From the NCBI GenBank assembly GCA_003971905.1, contig RSEE01000016.1, positions 310,001 through 374,000 of the forward strand: a stretch of 64,000 nucleotides of DNA. Reading direction: 5' to 3'. Positions 63,071 to 64,000 of this stretch are shown here, in pieces. The position numbers and the translations under genes are program-made. Numbering within the stretch: the stretch's first letter is position 1; each line of letters opens with the position of its first letter. The notes beneath the pieces were generated by a model. It made no database searches and was not told the origin of the DNA. It saw only the letters and a program-made list of their open reading frames with translations. This DNA is from Moniliella sp. 'wahieum' (taxonomy: Eukaryota).

Positions 63071-64000
63071 CTATTCTTCCCCCTCATGGGTCTCCAGCCA
63101 CTGACCGAACGCCTCTGTCCGAGCTTGCTCCTCTTGTGCCTCCTCCTCTTCGTTGGCTCCACCTCGGATGCCCGAACGACGAAACTTGGGCCGAACGGCG
63201 GTGGTAATGTAGGCTTCGACTTTACGTTTGTCAAACCAGCGACCGTCCATCTTGTCCACGCAGAGCTGCGCGGCTTCGGTCGTAGTAAAGCGCACGCTCA
63301 TCACGCCTTCCTCTTCCTTGTCGTAGATGATCACGTTGGTTACTGCACCGACAGCTGTGATATTCTCACACTCTTCTCGCACGTCCGTCTTCAGGTCGAG
63401 GAGCAGTGCTGGATCGGACTCCAACTCGGCGAGCGTAAACATGTGCTTGAGCACCACGGTCCTCCCACCAGCCTCGGCAGGCGTAACGACTGCATACGAC
63501 TGGCCTGTTGGGTCAGAAATCACCTCCTCGTCCGAATCCCAATCGTTCACTTTCCTAGACACAGACGAGTTGGTTAGAGACGATAAGCTTGGGCACAGAG
63601 CAGAAGACGCACTCGTTCAAGCGTTTGTTGCGGTCCTTGATGCGTTGTTTTTCTTCCTCGGTTCGTTGCTTGGGAGCAGGTGGTTGCCCTCCTTCTACCG
63701 AAGGGGCTGGCGCCTCCTTAAATTGGGCGCGTTCAACATTCATCAAGGGCTTGCTCGTCCCCACCCGAAGCGGGCTTTGGTCCAACACGGTAATGGCCAG
63801 CTCGACACTTTCCGGTCGAAAGTAGGTCACCAAAGCCTCCCCTTTGAACTGACCTTGGTCGTCGTAGTAGAGTTTCACCCTCGGTTTCCCCGGCTCGTCC
63901 TCCAGCAAAACCCCGTACCGGCCAAACACATCAGCCACCTCCGACACACTCACATCCGACGGCAAGCCCGAGATGAAGACAGAGCTACAGGGCGCGGCTT
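63071..64000 (-). CDS. CUS2: Cus2/Tat-SF1 (HTATSF1, Uap2) splicing factor, 5' part outside window
   Basis: RRM1 VFISGLPSD..KPRVKLYYDDQGQFKGEALVTYFRPESVELAI; UHM RTVVLKHMFTLAEL..DVREEC..MDGRWFDKR. Intron ~63612-63555. Confidence 0.9.

Overview
Eukaryotic (fungal) genomic DNA, GC-rich, with short GT-AG introns and CTRAC branch points. It is most likely a basidiomycete, and Ustilaginomycotina-like is an inference. About 21 protein genes are recognisable: zinc-ribbon protein, calcineurin A, DUR3-family transporter, LTE1-like RasGEF, GSK3, degenerate glycerol-kinase-like gene, Rpr2/Rpp21, MHYT-domain protein, giant RA-PH protein, YPI1, IMP1, Zn2Cys6 transcription factor, family III CoA-transferase, EHT1/ABHD-type hydrolase, metacaspase, TDA10-like kinase, decayed RPL12, Med1-like, Cus2/Tat-SF1 (partial) and two hypotheticals. 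Three intron-containing tRNAs are present (Ser-AGA, elongator Met-CAT, Gly-GCC). Almost every gene is broken by 1-2 nt frameshifts, which most likely are unpolished long-read errors, so many gene ends are approximate. The most unusual signal is non-coding: promoter-side intergenic regions carry 7-bp-period micro-arrays built from many different palindromic hexamers of the form A-xy-y'x'-T plus one spacer base, and one of these forms a perfect 20-bp inverted repeat. Also notable are a 4-nt micro-exon, an RPL12 copy with an AT-AG intron and lost stop, and a hairpin-rich unexplained segment near 54 kb. No CRISPR, rRNA or intact transposon was seen.
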